DNA from: Kiritimatiellia bacterium
GTDB taxonomy: Bacteria > Verrucomicrobiota > Kiritimatiellia > RFP12 > UBA3636
Reading direction: 5' to 3'
Length of the DNA stretch: 57,328 nt
NCBI GenBank assembly: GCA_017648065.1
Contig: JAGCJJ010000092.1
Coordinates: forward strand, 1-57,328
The notes under the pieces were generated by a model, which did not search any database, was not told where the DNA came from, and saw only the letters and a list, made by a program, of their open reading frames with translations. Position 1 is the stretch's first letter; the number at the start of each line of letters is the position of its first letter. Below are positions 18,014 through 28,098 of the stretch, piece by piece. The position numbers were made by a program, and so were the translations under genes.

Positions 18014-18820
18014 ATGTCAGACTCTGCCACAGTTTCAATTCCAGCAACACCAATAATTAGTGTTAAAGAAGCAAGTGTAATTTTCTCCGAAGGAAAATCC
18101 AAAGTGAAGCTTGCAGTTAACACGGTTTCATTTAATGTTGAAGCAAAAAAGATTCTTGGAATTGTCGGCACCAGTGGCTGTGGCAAAACTACACTTGCAA
18201 GAGCAATCGCGGGCATACAACCTCTAAGCTCAGGAGATATTTTATTTGATGGAAATTCTATTCGCAACATGTCGCGAACAGAGCGAATACAATATAGCCG
18301 AAAAGTCCAGCTCGTTTTTCAAGACACACTTGGAGCATTAAATCCACGCATGACAATTTGCGATGCACTTGACGAAGTACTTAAAGTACATAGAAAAGCA
18401 GAAATGCCATCCAAGGAGAAACGCCTGGCTGAAATTAAATTACTTCTCGACAAAGTTGAGCTGCCGGAATCAGTATTAAATTGTTATCCTCATGAAATTA
18501 GTGGAGGACAGCGCCAGCGTATTGGCATTGCTCGAGCATTAGCAGTAAAACCACAAGTTCTCATTGCTGATGAACCTATATCTGCACTTGATGTTTCTGT
18601 ACAAGCACAAATCATCAAAATGTTAGCACATTTAATAGCAGAAGAAAAAATGACAATGCTTTTTATCGCGCATGATCTTGCTGCTGTTCGCTGTCTATGT
18701 GATAACATCATTGTTATGAATGCAGGAAAAATTGAAGAAATGGGTTCTTGCAACGAAGTATACACTTCACCAAAAAGCAAGTTCACACGCGAGCTCCTCG
18801 CAGCAATCCCTTCAATATAA
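18014..18820 (+). CDS. Peptide/nickel ABC transporter ATP-binding subunit (OppF/DppF type)
   Basis: GTSGCGKTT, VQLVFQD...LNPRM, YPHEISGGQRQR, ADEPISALDVSVQAQI, HDL. Confidence 0.9.
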   Translation: MSDSATVSIPATPIISVKEASVIFSEGKSKVKLAVNTVSFNVEAKKILGIVGTSGCGKTTLARAIAGIQPLSSGDILFDGNSIRNMSRTERIQYSRKVQLVFQDTLGALNPRMTICDALDEVLKVHRKAEMPSKEKRLAEIKLLLDKVELPESVLNCYPHEISGGQRQRIGIARALAVKPQVLIADEPISALDVSVQAQIIKMLAHLIAEEKMTMLFIAHDLAAVRCLCDNIIVMNAGKIEEMGSCNEVYTSPKSKFTRELLAAIPSI

Positions 18821-19296
18821 GCAAATCTCTCAACGCCAGCCGTATTGTTTTCCTAGACGAAATGGCAAAAAAGTGAATAGGGAAATTTGCAACGAGAAAT
18901 AGGTCTACCATAATAAAACAATCTCTTTCCTCTTTCTTCTTTGTAACTAGATAAATCGTAATCAAATGATTTTGTATATGCAAAATATCTATTTAAATTC
19001 TGAACGATATTTGTATGGAGAACAACGTCCAATGAAGTGTTTTCAAAAGACACAGAAAATAATTCATTGATAATTTTTATTGTTTGCAAATATATATGAT
19101 TTAATAAACATACAATAGCCACAAATATATAAAACAAATTACTTTTCATTATTATACCCTTATATCATTAGCCTGTGCTACAATAAATATCTTCTTATAT
19201 GCTATTGGCATAAGAGACAAAAATCCGAGTTGTGTAACATCTTGAAACAAATTTTTGTATTTGTCAAAGGTTATGGCTAAATCTGCGATTGCAAGA

Positions 19297-19333
19297 AACA
19301 AAAAAAGGCGGTCCGAAGACCGCCTCTTTTGTT
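19297..19333 (-). terminator. Intrinsic terminator of ppdK
   Basis: Minus strand aggcggtc-TTCG-gaccgcc followed by a T run; cUUCGg tetraloop immediately after the stop codon. Confidence 0.9.
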
Positions 19334-19334
19334 G

Positions 19335-21980
19335 TTACTTGCTCTTGATTGCAGCTTGTGCAGCAGCCAAGCGTGCGATAGGCACACGGAATGGGCTGCA
19401 AGATACATAATCCAAGCCAATCTTGTGGCAGAACTCTACGGAAGAAGGATCACCACCATGCTCACCACAAATACCTGTGTGGATTGTTGGGCGAGCAGCC
19501 TTACCTAGCTTGCAAGCCATATCCATTAGCTTACCAACACCAACCTGGTCAAGCTTTGCAAATGGATCGTTCTCGTAAATCTTAGTGTCATAGTATGCAC
19601 CAAGGAACTTACCAGCATCATCGCGGCTGAAACCGAATGTCATCTGTGTTAGGTCATTTGTACCAAAGCAGAAGAACTCAGCTTCCTTAGCAATATCATC
19701 AGCTGTCAGAGCTGCACGTGGAATTTCAATCATTGTACCAACCTCATACTTGAGCTCAGCACCTGCTTGACGAATCTCCTCATCTGCTACTGCAGTTACG
19801 ATATCCTTAACAAACTTGAATTCCTTCAAATCACCTGTTAGAGGAATCATGATTTCTGGCTTAACATTCCACTCTGGATGTAGCTTCTGAACCTTGATAG
19901 CAGCACGAATAACTGCCTTTGTCTGCATCTTAGCAATTTCTGGGAATGTAACTGTCAAACGGCAACCACGATGACCCATCATTGGGTTGAACTCATGCAA
20001 GCTTGCTATGATTTCCTTAATTCTGGATACTGGCTTATTCTGAGCCTTAGCTAGAGTCTCAATATCAGCCTCCTCTGTAGGAACGAATTCGTGTAGAGGT
20101 GGATCTAGGAAGCGGATTGTTACAGGAGCACCCTCAAGAGCTAAATATAGCTGCTCAAAGTCATCCTGCTGATATGGAAGAATCTTACCTAGAGCAATCT
20201 CGCGCTCCTCAAGAGTATCTGCACAAATCATCTCGCGGAATGCAGCAATTCTCTCTGGCTCAAAGAACATGTGCTCTGTACGGCATAGACCAATACCCTC
20301 TGCACCTAGCTCACGTGCCTTCTTAGCATCGCGTGGAGTATCAGCATTTGTGCGCACCTTTAGTCTGCGGAACTTGTCAGCCCATGCCATGATGCGGCCA
20401 AACTCACCACCAATTGTTGCATCAACTGTTGGGATGATACCATCATAGATGCAGCCTGTTGCACCATCAATAGAAATCCAATCGCCTTCGCGATATAGCT
20501 TACCAGCAAGCTTAAATTCCTTGTTATCCTCATCCATTACGATTTCTGAGCAGCCAGATACGCAACATGTACCCATACCACGAGCAACAACAGCTGCGTG
20601 AGATGTCATACCACCACGAACTGTCAAGATACCCTGAGCAGCCTTCATGCCCTCAATATCCTCTGGAGATGTCTCAAGGCGAACTAGAACAACCTTCTCG
20701 CCCTTTGCCTTCCAAGCCTTAGCATCCTCTGCTGTAAATACTGCGCGACCACAAGCAGCACCTGGAGATGCAGCTAGAGCGCGTGCGATTGGCTCTGCAT
20801 GCTTTAGAGCTGTTGCATCAAACTGTGGGTGAAGCAATGTATCAAGATTTCTTGGATCAATCATCATTACTGCTTCTTCCTCTGTGCGTACGCCCTCGTC
20901 TACAAGATCGCAAGCAATCTTAAGAGCTGCGCGTGCTGTACGCTTACCATTACGTGTCTGAAGCATGTAAAGGTGCTTGTTCTCAATTGTGAACTCCATA
21001 TCCTGCATATCGCGGTAGTGAGCTTCAAGTGTCTTACATACATCGCAGAACTGAGCATAAACCTCGGGCATTACCTCTTCCATCTTTGCGATAGGCATTG
21101 GGGTGCGAACACCTGCTACAACGTCCTCGCCCTGAGCATTCATCAAGAACTCACCCATTAGCTTCTTCTCGCCTGTTGCAGGGTCACGAGTAAATGCAAC
21201 ACCAGTACCAGACTCGTCATTTAGGTTACCAAATGCCATCATCTGTACATTAACTGCTGTACCCCAGCTATATGGGATATCATTGTCACGGCGATATACG
21301 TTAGCACGTGGGTTATCCCATGAACGGAACACAGCCTTGATTGCCTCAAATAGCTGTACTTTAGGGTCAGATGGGAAATCCTCACCAATCTTTGACTTAT
21401 ACTCAGCCTTAAACTGAGTTGCTAGTTCCTTAAGATCGTCTGCAGTTAGGTCAACATCGCTTGTGATGCCCTTGCGCTCTTTCATCTGGTCAATAAGCTT
21501 CTCGAAATACTTCTTACCTACCTCCATAACAACGTCAGAGAACATCTGGATGAAGCGGCGATAGCAGTCATAAGCCCAGCGTGGGTTACCTGATTTCTTT
21601 GCTAGCACCTCAACTACTGTCTCATTTAGACCTAGGTTAAGAATTGTATCCATCATACCAGGCATAGAAGCACGAGCACCAGAACGAACAGAAACTAGCA
21701 ATGGATTTTCTGCATCACCGAATTTCTTACCAGCAGAAGCCTCTAGCTTAGCGATGTTTTCCATAATCTGAGTCTGGATATCCTCGCCAATCTGTTTTCC
21801 ATCATCGTAATAGCGAGTACAAGCCTCTGTTGAGATTGTAAAGCCTTGTGGTACTGGGAGTCCAATTAGATTCATTTCAGCTAGGTTAGCGCCCTTACCG
21901 CCAAGCAAGTTACGCATTTCTGCATTACCCTCTGTTTGACCTGCTCCGAAGAAGTAAACAAACTTTGATTTATCTGACAT
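19335..21980 (-). CDS. ppdK: Pyruvate, phosphate dikinase
   Basis: LGGKGANLAEM, PLLVSVRSGA..SMPGMMDT, GGMTSHAAVVARG (phospho-His), GIGLCRTEHMF, EFNPMMGHRGCR, GTNDLTQ, GICGEHGG. Confidence 0.98.
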   Translation of the reverse strand: MSDKSKFVYFFGAGQTEGNAEMRNLLGGKGANLAEMNLIGLPVPQGFTISTEACTRYYDDGKQIGEDIQTQIMENIAKLEASAGKKFGDAENPLLVSVRSGARASMPGMMDTILNLGLNETVVEVLAKKSGNPRWAYDCYRRFIQMFSDVVMEVGKKYFEKLIDQMKERKGITSDVDLTADDLKELATQFKAEYKSKIGEDFPSDPKVQLFEAIKAVFRSWDNPRANVYRRDNDIPYSWGTAVNVQMMAFGNLNDESGTGVAFTRDPATGEKKLMGEFLMNAQGEDVVAGVRTPMPIAKMEEVMPEVYAQFCDVCKTLEAHYRDMQDMEFTIENKHLYMLQTRNGKRTARAALKIACDLVDEGVRTEEEAVMMIDPRNLDTLLHPQFDATALKHAEPIARALAASPGAACGRAVFTAEDAKAWKAKGEKVVLVRLETSPEDIEGMKAAQGILTVRGGMTSHAAVVARGMGTCCVSGCSEIVMDEDNKEFKLAGKLYREGDWISIDGATGCIYDGIIPTVDATIGGEFGRIMAWADKFRRLKVRTNADTPRDAKKARELGAEGIGLCRTEHMFFEPERIAAFREMICADTLEEREIALGKILPYQQDDFEQLYLALEGAPVTIRFLDPPLHEFVPTEEADIETLAKAQNKPVSRIKEIIASLHEFNPMMGHRGCRLTVTFPEIAKMQTKAVIRAAIKVQKLHPEWNVKPEIMIPLTGDLKEFKFVKDIVTAVADEEIRQAGAELKYEVGTMIEIPRAALTADDIAKEAEFFCFGTNDLTQMTFGFSRDDAGKFLGAYYDTKIYENDPFAKLDQVGVGKLMDMACKLGKAARPTIHTGICGEHGGDPSSVEFCHKIGLDYVSCSPFRVPIARLAAAQAAIKSK

Positions 21981-22111
21981 TTTTATTCCTATTCTTAGGT
22001 GTTACAACAATACAATAACCATGCAAACGATGCCCTATTGCTCCCTTTGCACGATTATTTTTTTATAACCTATTATTATATTAAAAATTTATTTCTTTAA
22101 TGATGGGACAA

Positions 22112-22140
22112 ATTCTAATATAGATTAGCAACATAGTCAA
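22112..22140 (-). promoter_or_regulatory. Putative sigma70 promoter of ppdK
   Basis: Minus strand TTGACT-N17-TAGAAT. Confidence 0.55.
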
Positions 22141-22291
22141 CCATTAATTTTGTTAGAATACACGCTAGAACTTATCTGAGCTTTCACACATAATCTTGTA
22201 TTGTGCAAGCGACGAATAAGAGTACACCAACTTATAGCTATTTGTACTTGTTTGGACAATTAGTAAGCCAAATTGTTTTTAGAAAAACATA

Positions 22292-22329
22292 GAGGATTCT
22301 CCATACCTTCTACAAGCACGAGAATCCTC
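22292..22329 (-). terminator. Intrinsic terminator of the 1252-aa gene
   Basis: 10-bp inverted repeat gaggattctc / gagaatcctc, followed on the minus strand by tatgtttttct. Confidence 0.7.
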
Positions 22330-22352
22330 ATCACACTAAGCAATATATAATG

Positions 22353-25300
22353 TTATCGTACAATAATTATTAGTGCACTGCCAAGTACATCAATAACACC
22401 TGATGCAGCTTCACTTGAGTCAACAACAACACTATGCCCAGCATCATTGAGCTCTTTTGCCGTATATTGGCCAGCTCCAAGCTTAACCCCATCAAGCTCC
22501 ATAGAGCGAACCTTTAAGGTTCTTCCAGCTATGTCTAATGTACATTTTTTTGCCACATCTACATTCTCTAACTGCACATCCGCAACAATGATAACACGCC
22601 CCGCCTCTGAGATAGACAATGACGCAGCCTTTAGGCTTTCATCATTATTATACTTTGTTGATGGAATTGCTGTTTTAGCTGGTGTCGATGTTAGATTATT
22701 ATTGCGAACAAAAATTGTACCTGAGCCTTCTTTATCAGAGCCAGACTGAAGGTATACAGTTCCAGCAGATGCCAATGAATTTGTTTGTGCTCCTGTCGCA
22801 GCCTTAGAACCACCATAAGCCTTTATTGCTGCAGAAGTCAACCAATGCTCAGAAAATTCTGCATCCTCATCTGTTAGACGGACAGAAACACGCCCACCAC
22901 CTGTACAAGTTTTTATATTTCTTTCAGCAAGCCCTGATACAGATGTAACGCTTGACAAATTAGCACCACAATAAGAACCTATAACAGAAATACTACCTTC
23001 GCCTTGTAAGCTACCTGCCGTTATATTTATTGAGCCACCCGATCCAACTCCCTCATAAGAATTAGGGCTTCCATCTCCAGTTGATACTGCCGTACCATCC
23101 AATGTTAAGCATCCCTCAACAACTAACTTTACTACACCACCTCCAACAAACTGTGATGCAGTATCGTTATGTGCTCCAGGAACACCTGGTAGCAATGGAC
23201 TCAAAATTGAGCCATAAACAGAATTTGTTTGAATTGTCAACTGACCACCATGGCTATAAAAACCATTAAAACGAACATGATCTGTATTATCTGTTAAACC
23301 ACTATAATTTGCAAAAAGAGAACTATCTGCTCCAACAAGCATATTACCCTTTACAATTACATCACAAATACGTGGTTCAGCAACTGTTGATAATAAGCGC
23401 AAGCTACCTATAGCGGCACCATTTGTTACAGTAACATTACCCGTGAATGTATAAGGTTTAATTGCTTGGAAAAGCCATTTATTTTGAATAACTACATTTT
23501 CTTCATCAGAAGCAACAATACTTCCTCCATTATAGAGAATACCTGAGGTTGTTCCAGAACCACGAACAGAAGCAAATCCATTTGGCAATGTTAGCGTTGT
23601 TCCTTCTGGTATTCCCAAAATGCCATAGCCTGAAAATACTATTTCATCAAAGATCCAATTCTCTCCTGACGGAATTAGGGTTGTTCCACAAGGTGTTGGG
23701 AAATAGTGTGTATATACAGTCTTACGAGCAATATTCTTTACATACAATGAGCCATATCTTTGATTAGCTGTTTTAATCAAAATAGTTCCAGCACCTGAGC
23801 CGCCATTAGATGTTGCATCAGTTCCATTCGCTGTTATATTTGCTATTGGCAACCCTAACTCAGTAGCAGAAGTTAAAGAGATTGCAATACGACCTCCTGA
23901 ACCTGGCTTAGATGTGTGTGCTGTTTCTAATGCTGAAGCATTTATTTTTCCAGAACCTGTAACAGCAGCTGCTTCAATGTAGATAGAGCCACCCGCTCCA
24001 TGCGATTCTTTTAGCCATCCATTTGTTGTATTTTCACCAGTATCTGCTCGAACAATTCCATTTATCTCCACAGAGCCTTCCACATCTAAAAATATAGCCC
24101 CACCTCCAGCTGTGGTTTCATTACCAGCACCTAGAGAAATTGGCTTATATACATTTCCATAAACCTTTGAAACGCTTCCATAGCCACCACCATGAACTCC
24201 TGCTGAGCCTCCAGATGGGTATGAATTTTTCTGATATCCCTTTCTGCGGGCATCTAGCTTTGCAGCACTGCCCAATGAGAAGCTACCACCTACAGCAACA
24301 GAAAGGCGATACATTTCCGTATTAGTATTTTCATTGTGAGTCCAAGTTCCACCCTCAATAGAGACATCACCTGTTATATTGAAAGTTTCAAAGCCTTGCC
24401 CTGGATATGTTGTCATAAAAGTAACTATTCCGTTGTATCCACTTTTTTGCTCCCAGCCAGCAACTGTTTGTGGTGCTGCACTATCCCACTTACAGCTACT
24501 TGCTGTAAAATCAGGATCAAAAACAATTCTTTCTGAAGATGTTGGAACAACACCTTTTGACCAGTTTGATGCAGTGGATGCTAAATATGCACCATCTGTA
24601 GCAGTGACACCAATCCAGTAATTATAACCCATAGGCGTTGTAAAGTTTTTTACAATAACCTCTATTGCAGAATTATTAACAAAATAATTTCCCGAATCAA
24701 GTGAAACTGTCAAAGCTGTATCATTTTCATTTTCTGCTTCAACAATAGGTGAAACAAAAATAGTTACAGATGCTTCTCCAGCAGGGATAACAACAACTCC
24801 AGAATCATCTAAATAATTCACATCAGCTCGTGCTGTTCCATCCGCAAATGAATAATTTACCGTTAATGGGAAAGGATCTGCATTAGCACGAGAAACTGTT
24901 ATCATACCTTTTTCAAGTAGAGCTTCTGCGGCATCTTGCGTTTTAACAATAGAAAGAGCTCCACCATAAATTGTTCCCAATGAAACTTCAATATACTCAC
25001 CTAATGAATTTTCTGCATAGAGCGATACTCTATAGGTTTTATTATCCATTGGAGTAGTAAAGCTTGCAGAAACATTGCTATCCTTAGAGCAAGCACCGAT
25101 GGAATTTGTTACCGCTATTGTTCCATCATAGAGAATACATGATAGATTAGCATCAGCATTCGACAAAAATCCTTCTACAGTATATTCCTCCTCAGCAAAG
25201 GTTAGTGCTACATCTGAAAGCACAGGTTCAGTTCTTGCCTTATGGTGATATGCCTCTGCTTCATTTGTTGTAATAACAAATTCATCAAAGGAAACCCACT

Positions 25301-26111
25301 TATTATAAGTGCAATATTGACCAATCATTTGCAAATAACTAAGCGGTGTTGTTCCACTAACCAAACTTACATTTTCATAAACTGTTGTCCAGTCAAAGTA
25401 AATATCGTAGGAATCAACAGGAGCAGCATAAAAGGATAAAGTATCGGAGCCATTTTCACCAATATCTATTTTTGCAATCAGAACACAATTTAAAGTTTTA
25501 CTTGTGTCAATTTCAAACATATTTGTTGGTGTAGAGATTGCCCCAGTTGTGGGATCTCTAAAATATGCAGAAACATAAAATTTTCCACCATTATTTCGTA
25601 CACCCATATATAAACCATTTGCAATATTACCATTATCACTCACAGGGGAAGTAATTGCTTCAGTGCCTAGACCTGCCAACCAATAATTATTATTGCCTAA
25701 AAATTGTGTTGTAAGCAAATTTTTGTCAACTTGCATTAAAAAGCGAAAATATACAGAGCCAGAGCTTGGCCATTCTAGATCAAGTTTGCGCTGCTGTGCA
25801 CGATTCTTTCGTGCACTTGTTCCTACAGCTCCATTTACCATTACTGCACGCAAATCCTCTGTACCTGTAATTGAATCAACACCAGCCCAAGAACTAAGCA
25901 ATTCCAAACTTGGCTCCTGTGCAATAAATACACCAGTTCCAGAATTCCATCCAGCAGTTGTATCTAATCCTATTGATTTAACAGCTCCTTTTTTGTTATT
26001 AATGGATTTATTTAAATCGTAATCACTGGAGCTAAAACCCTCATACATTAGAATCTCGCCAGACAATATGCTAGATATCGATAAAACAAACAATAAAAAT
26101 ATTTTTTTCAT
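22353..26111 (-). CDS. Large secreted multidomain protein (Calx-beta-like domain plus duplicated Gly-rich beta-strand modules)
   Basis: Sec signal peptide; Calx-beta-like segment (PLTVNYSFADGTARADVNY...VVIPAGEASVTI); ASNWS..VP motif; repeated GGGAI.L / GAGGSI.I / GSGGRI modules; ends GSALIIIVR. Confidence 0.8.
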   Translation of the reverse strand: MKKIFLLFVLSISSILSGEILMYEGFSSSDYDLNKSINNKKGAVKSIGLDTTAGWNSGTGVFIAQEPSLELLSSWAGVDSITGTEDLRAVMVNGAVGTSARKNRAQQRKLDLEWPSSGSVYFRFLMQVDKNLLTTQFLGNNNYWLAGLGTEAITSPVSDNGNIANGLYMGVRNNGGKFYVSAYFRDPTTGAISTPTNMFEIDTSKTLNCVLIAKIDIGENGSDTLSFYAAPVDSYDIYFDWTTVYENVSLVSGTTPLSYLQMIGQYCTYNKWVSFDEFVITTNEAEAYHHKARTEPVLSDVALTFAEEEYTVEGFLSNADANLSCILYDGTIAVTNSIGACSKDSNVSASFTTPMDNKTYRVSLYAENSLGEYIEVSLGTIYGGALSIVKTQDAAEALLEKGMITVSRANADPFPLTVNYSFADGTARADVNYLDDSGVVVIPAGEASVTIFVSPIVEAENENDTALTVSLDSGNYFVNNSAIEVIVKNFTTPMGYNYWIGVTATDGAYLASTASNWSKGVVPTSSERIVFDPDFTASSCKWDSAAPQTVAGWEQKSGYNGIVTFMTTYPGQGFETFNITGDVSIEGGTWTHNENTNTEMYRLSVAVGGSFSLGSAAKLDARRKGYQKNSYPSGGSAGVHGGGYGSVSKVYGNVYKPISLGAGNETTAGGGAIFLDVEGSVEINGIVRADTGENTTNGWLKESHGAGGSIYIEAAAVTGSGKINASALETAHTSKPGSGGRIAISLTSATELGLPIANITANGTDATSNGGSGAGTILIKTANQRYGSLYVKNIARKTVYTHYFPTPCGTTLIPSGENWIFDEIVFSGYGILGIPEGTTLTLPNGFASVRGSGTTSGILYNGGSIVASDEENVVIQNKWLFQAIKPYTFTGNVTVTNGAAIGSLRLLSTVAEPRICDVIVKGNMLVGADSSLFANYSGLTDNTDHVRFNGFYSHGGQLTIQTNSVYGSILSPLLPGVPGAHNDTASQFVGGGVVKLVVEGCLTLDGTAVSTGDGSPNSYEGVGSGGSINITAGSLQGEGSISVIGSYCGANLSSVTSVSGLAERNIKTCTGGGRVSVRLTDEDAEFSEHWLTSAAIKAYGGSKAATGAQTNSLASAGTVYLQSGSDKEGSGTIFVRNNNLTSTPAKTAIPSTKYNNDESLKAASLSISEAGRVIIVADVQLENVDVAKKCTLDIAGRTLKVRSMELDGVKLGAGQYTAKELNDAGHSVVVDSSEAASGVIDVLGSALIIIVR

Positions 26112-26137
26112 ACCATTGTTCCCTAACTTGTATTTTA

Positions 26138-26166
26138 ATTTTACATCAAAAACAAGAACCAGTCAA
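26138..26166 (-). promoter_or_regulatory. Putative sigma70 promoter of the 1252-aa gene
   Basis: Minus strand TTGACT-N17-TAAAAT. Confidence 0.55.
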
Positions 26167-26311
26167 TACACAACTAGAATGAAAATTTGCACAAAATGAG
26201 TATTAGGGAATTAGGTCAAGAAACCGCCTGTTCAAAAAATAATGTAGGACGCTAGACATAAGACATAGGGCATCCGATGATAAGCAGCCATTAGAGGGAA
26301 AAAGGTATGCT

Positions 26312-28096
26312 TTATTCGGCAAAAGGAAGTGGCATTACGGCACCATTTAGCTGTGCTTGCTCTAAGGCCTCTGCCCTATCCTCATCATACCACCAATAGG
26401 CAATCGCATCATCTTCACTGCCATATTTTGAGAGAATTTTCTCTGGAACACCAAATTTATTCCACCAAAGGAGGCGTGTACTTGCTGTATTCCATAAGAG
26501 GATGTATGGACACTCATTTGCAACAATTCCATCAATTTCTCTGCAAATTTCATTACGACGAGCCAAATCAAAGCATGTTTTCTGCTCTTCAATCAATTCA
26601 TCTACTCTTGCATTAGCAAAGCCTGTTATATTCACACCACCATTTATTGTTGCATGCTTTGATGACCACATACCCTCTGGGTCTTTAAATAGTCCAGCTC
26701 CCCAAGCACACCATGACATCTCGAAGTTGTAGGAATCCATATCTCGTGACCATGCAGACCAATCCTTACGCTCAATCTTAAGTTGGATACCAACCTTTTC
26801 TAAATCAGAGCGATATAGAGCGATAAATTTATCTGTTGTACCTGAGTCATTTGAAAGAAATGTAATTACAAATTGCTTACCATTCTTTTCTAACCAACCT
26901 GTATTTGGATTGATTTTCCAGCCGGCCTCATTCAACAACTGGATTGCCTTTTCAGGATTGTAATCATAGCCTGGATTTGGACAAGGTGTAGTCTCATCAT
27001 ACAAATCCTCATAATATGACTTATGAAGAAAATATTGTCCATACATCATTGTTGAATTCATTGTAGGACGATCTAAAAGATGTGCCAATGCCTTGCGAAC
27101 CTTAACATCGTTATATGGTTCTCGACGCATATTCATTGCAAAGCCCTGAAAACCGATTGGCTTATTGTTGTTTATTGCTTTAGCAACAATCCAATTTTTA
27201 TCAAAACGCTCACCCTTGATTTCTTGTACCCAAATTCGTGCAGAATATATTGGATATAAATCAAAGCCTCCTTTTCTAAATACCTCCCATGCATTCTCTC
27301 TATCTGTATGGAAACGATATTCAATAAAATCAAAATTAAAGAGATTCTTATTGGCAGGGCGATTACTCTGCCACCAATCGTCACGACGCTTCATCGTGAG
27401 CGAAATATTTTCCTTCATCCCTGCGAGTTGGTAAGGGCCAGACACTACAGGAAAATCAAAATTTATTTTATTAAAATCTTTTCCTTCAAAGCAATGCTTA
27501 GGAAGGATTGGGAAACCACCGATAGCGCCAAGATTTCTCCAATGAGATTCTGCTGCTGTAAATTTGATTGTGCGCTCATCTAACACAACTGGTGGTGTTT
27601 CCAAAAATGTAGCAAGACCTATTTTATATGGACCTGTCAGATGCTTTGGGTCCATTATTGCGTTAAAGCTCCAAAGTACATCGTGAGCAGTAATTGGTGT
27701 ACCATCACTCCACTTGGCTGCTGGATCAATTTTAAATATAAAGGCATTGCCACAGCATGGAGAAACACACCACTCGCTTGCTACATTTGGAGCGTAATCA
27801 GCCGTGATTGGATCACGTCCAAGCAAGGTTTCATACATCATATAAAACACTTGGCTTGAAAAAGAATTATTATCCAAAAGTGCATTTAGGCTTTTAGGTA
27901 CTGCGCTGCCCCATATCGCAAGTTTTCCTCCGCGCTTTGCATAAGGAGACGAATATGGACTTGGTTGCTCTACCCAGTCTGCCTTGGGAAACCATTCTGA
28001 AGAACACTCTGGAGCTGGTGGAGTCACAGCTGTATCAGCAATTAATACAAGCACATGAAGCAATAAAATTAGCACTGTAAATATTTTAAAATTCAT
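26312..28096 (-). CDS. ABC transporter peptide-binding protein, family 5 (YejA-like)
   Basis: Signal peptide; AKRGGKL, YETLL, AKWSDGTPITAHDV, PVVSGPY, NFDFIEY, QGFAMNMRR, DVKVRKALA. Confidence 0.88.
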   Translation of the reverse strand: MNFKIFTVLILLLHVLVLIADTAVTPPAPECSSEWFPKADWVEQPSPYSSPYAKRGGKLAIWGSAVPKSLNALLDNNSFSSQVFYMMYETLLGRDPITADYAPNVASEWCVSPCCGNAFIFKIDPAAKWSDGTPITAHDVLWSFNAIMDPKHLTGPYKIGLATFLETPPVVLDERTIKFTAAESHWRNLGAIGGFPILPKHCFEGKDFNKINFDFPVVSGPYQLAGMKENISLTMKRRDDWWQSNRPANKNLFNFDFIEYRFHTDRENAWEVFRKGGFDLYPIYSARIWVQEIKGERFDKNWIVAKAINNNKPIGFQGFAMNMRREPYNDVKVRKALAHLLDRPTMNSTMMYGQYFLHKSYYEDLYDETTPCPNPGYDYNPEKAIQLLNEAGWKINPNTGWLEKNGKQFVITFLSNDSGTTDKFIALYRSDLEKVGIQLKIERKDWSAWSRDMDSYNFEMSWCAWGAGLFKDPEGMWSSKHATINGGVNITGFANARVDELIEEQKTCFDLARRNEICREIDGIVANECPYILLWNTASTRLLWWNKFGVPEKILSKYGSEDDAIAYWWYDEDRAEALEQAQLNGAVMPLPFAE

Positions 28097-28098
28097 AG

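Noticed and set aside
18864-18907. c-di-GMP-I riboswitch-like GGCAAA...GCAA...GGTCTA
   Set aside because: The P2 stem with GNRA loop cannot form, and there is no downstream + strand gene.
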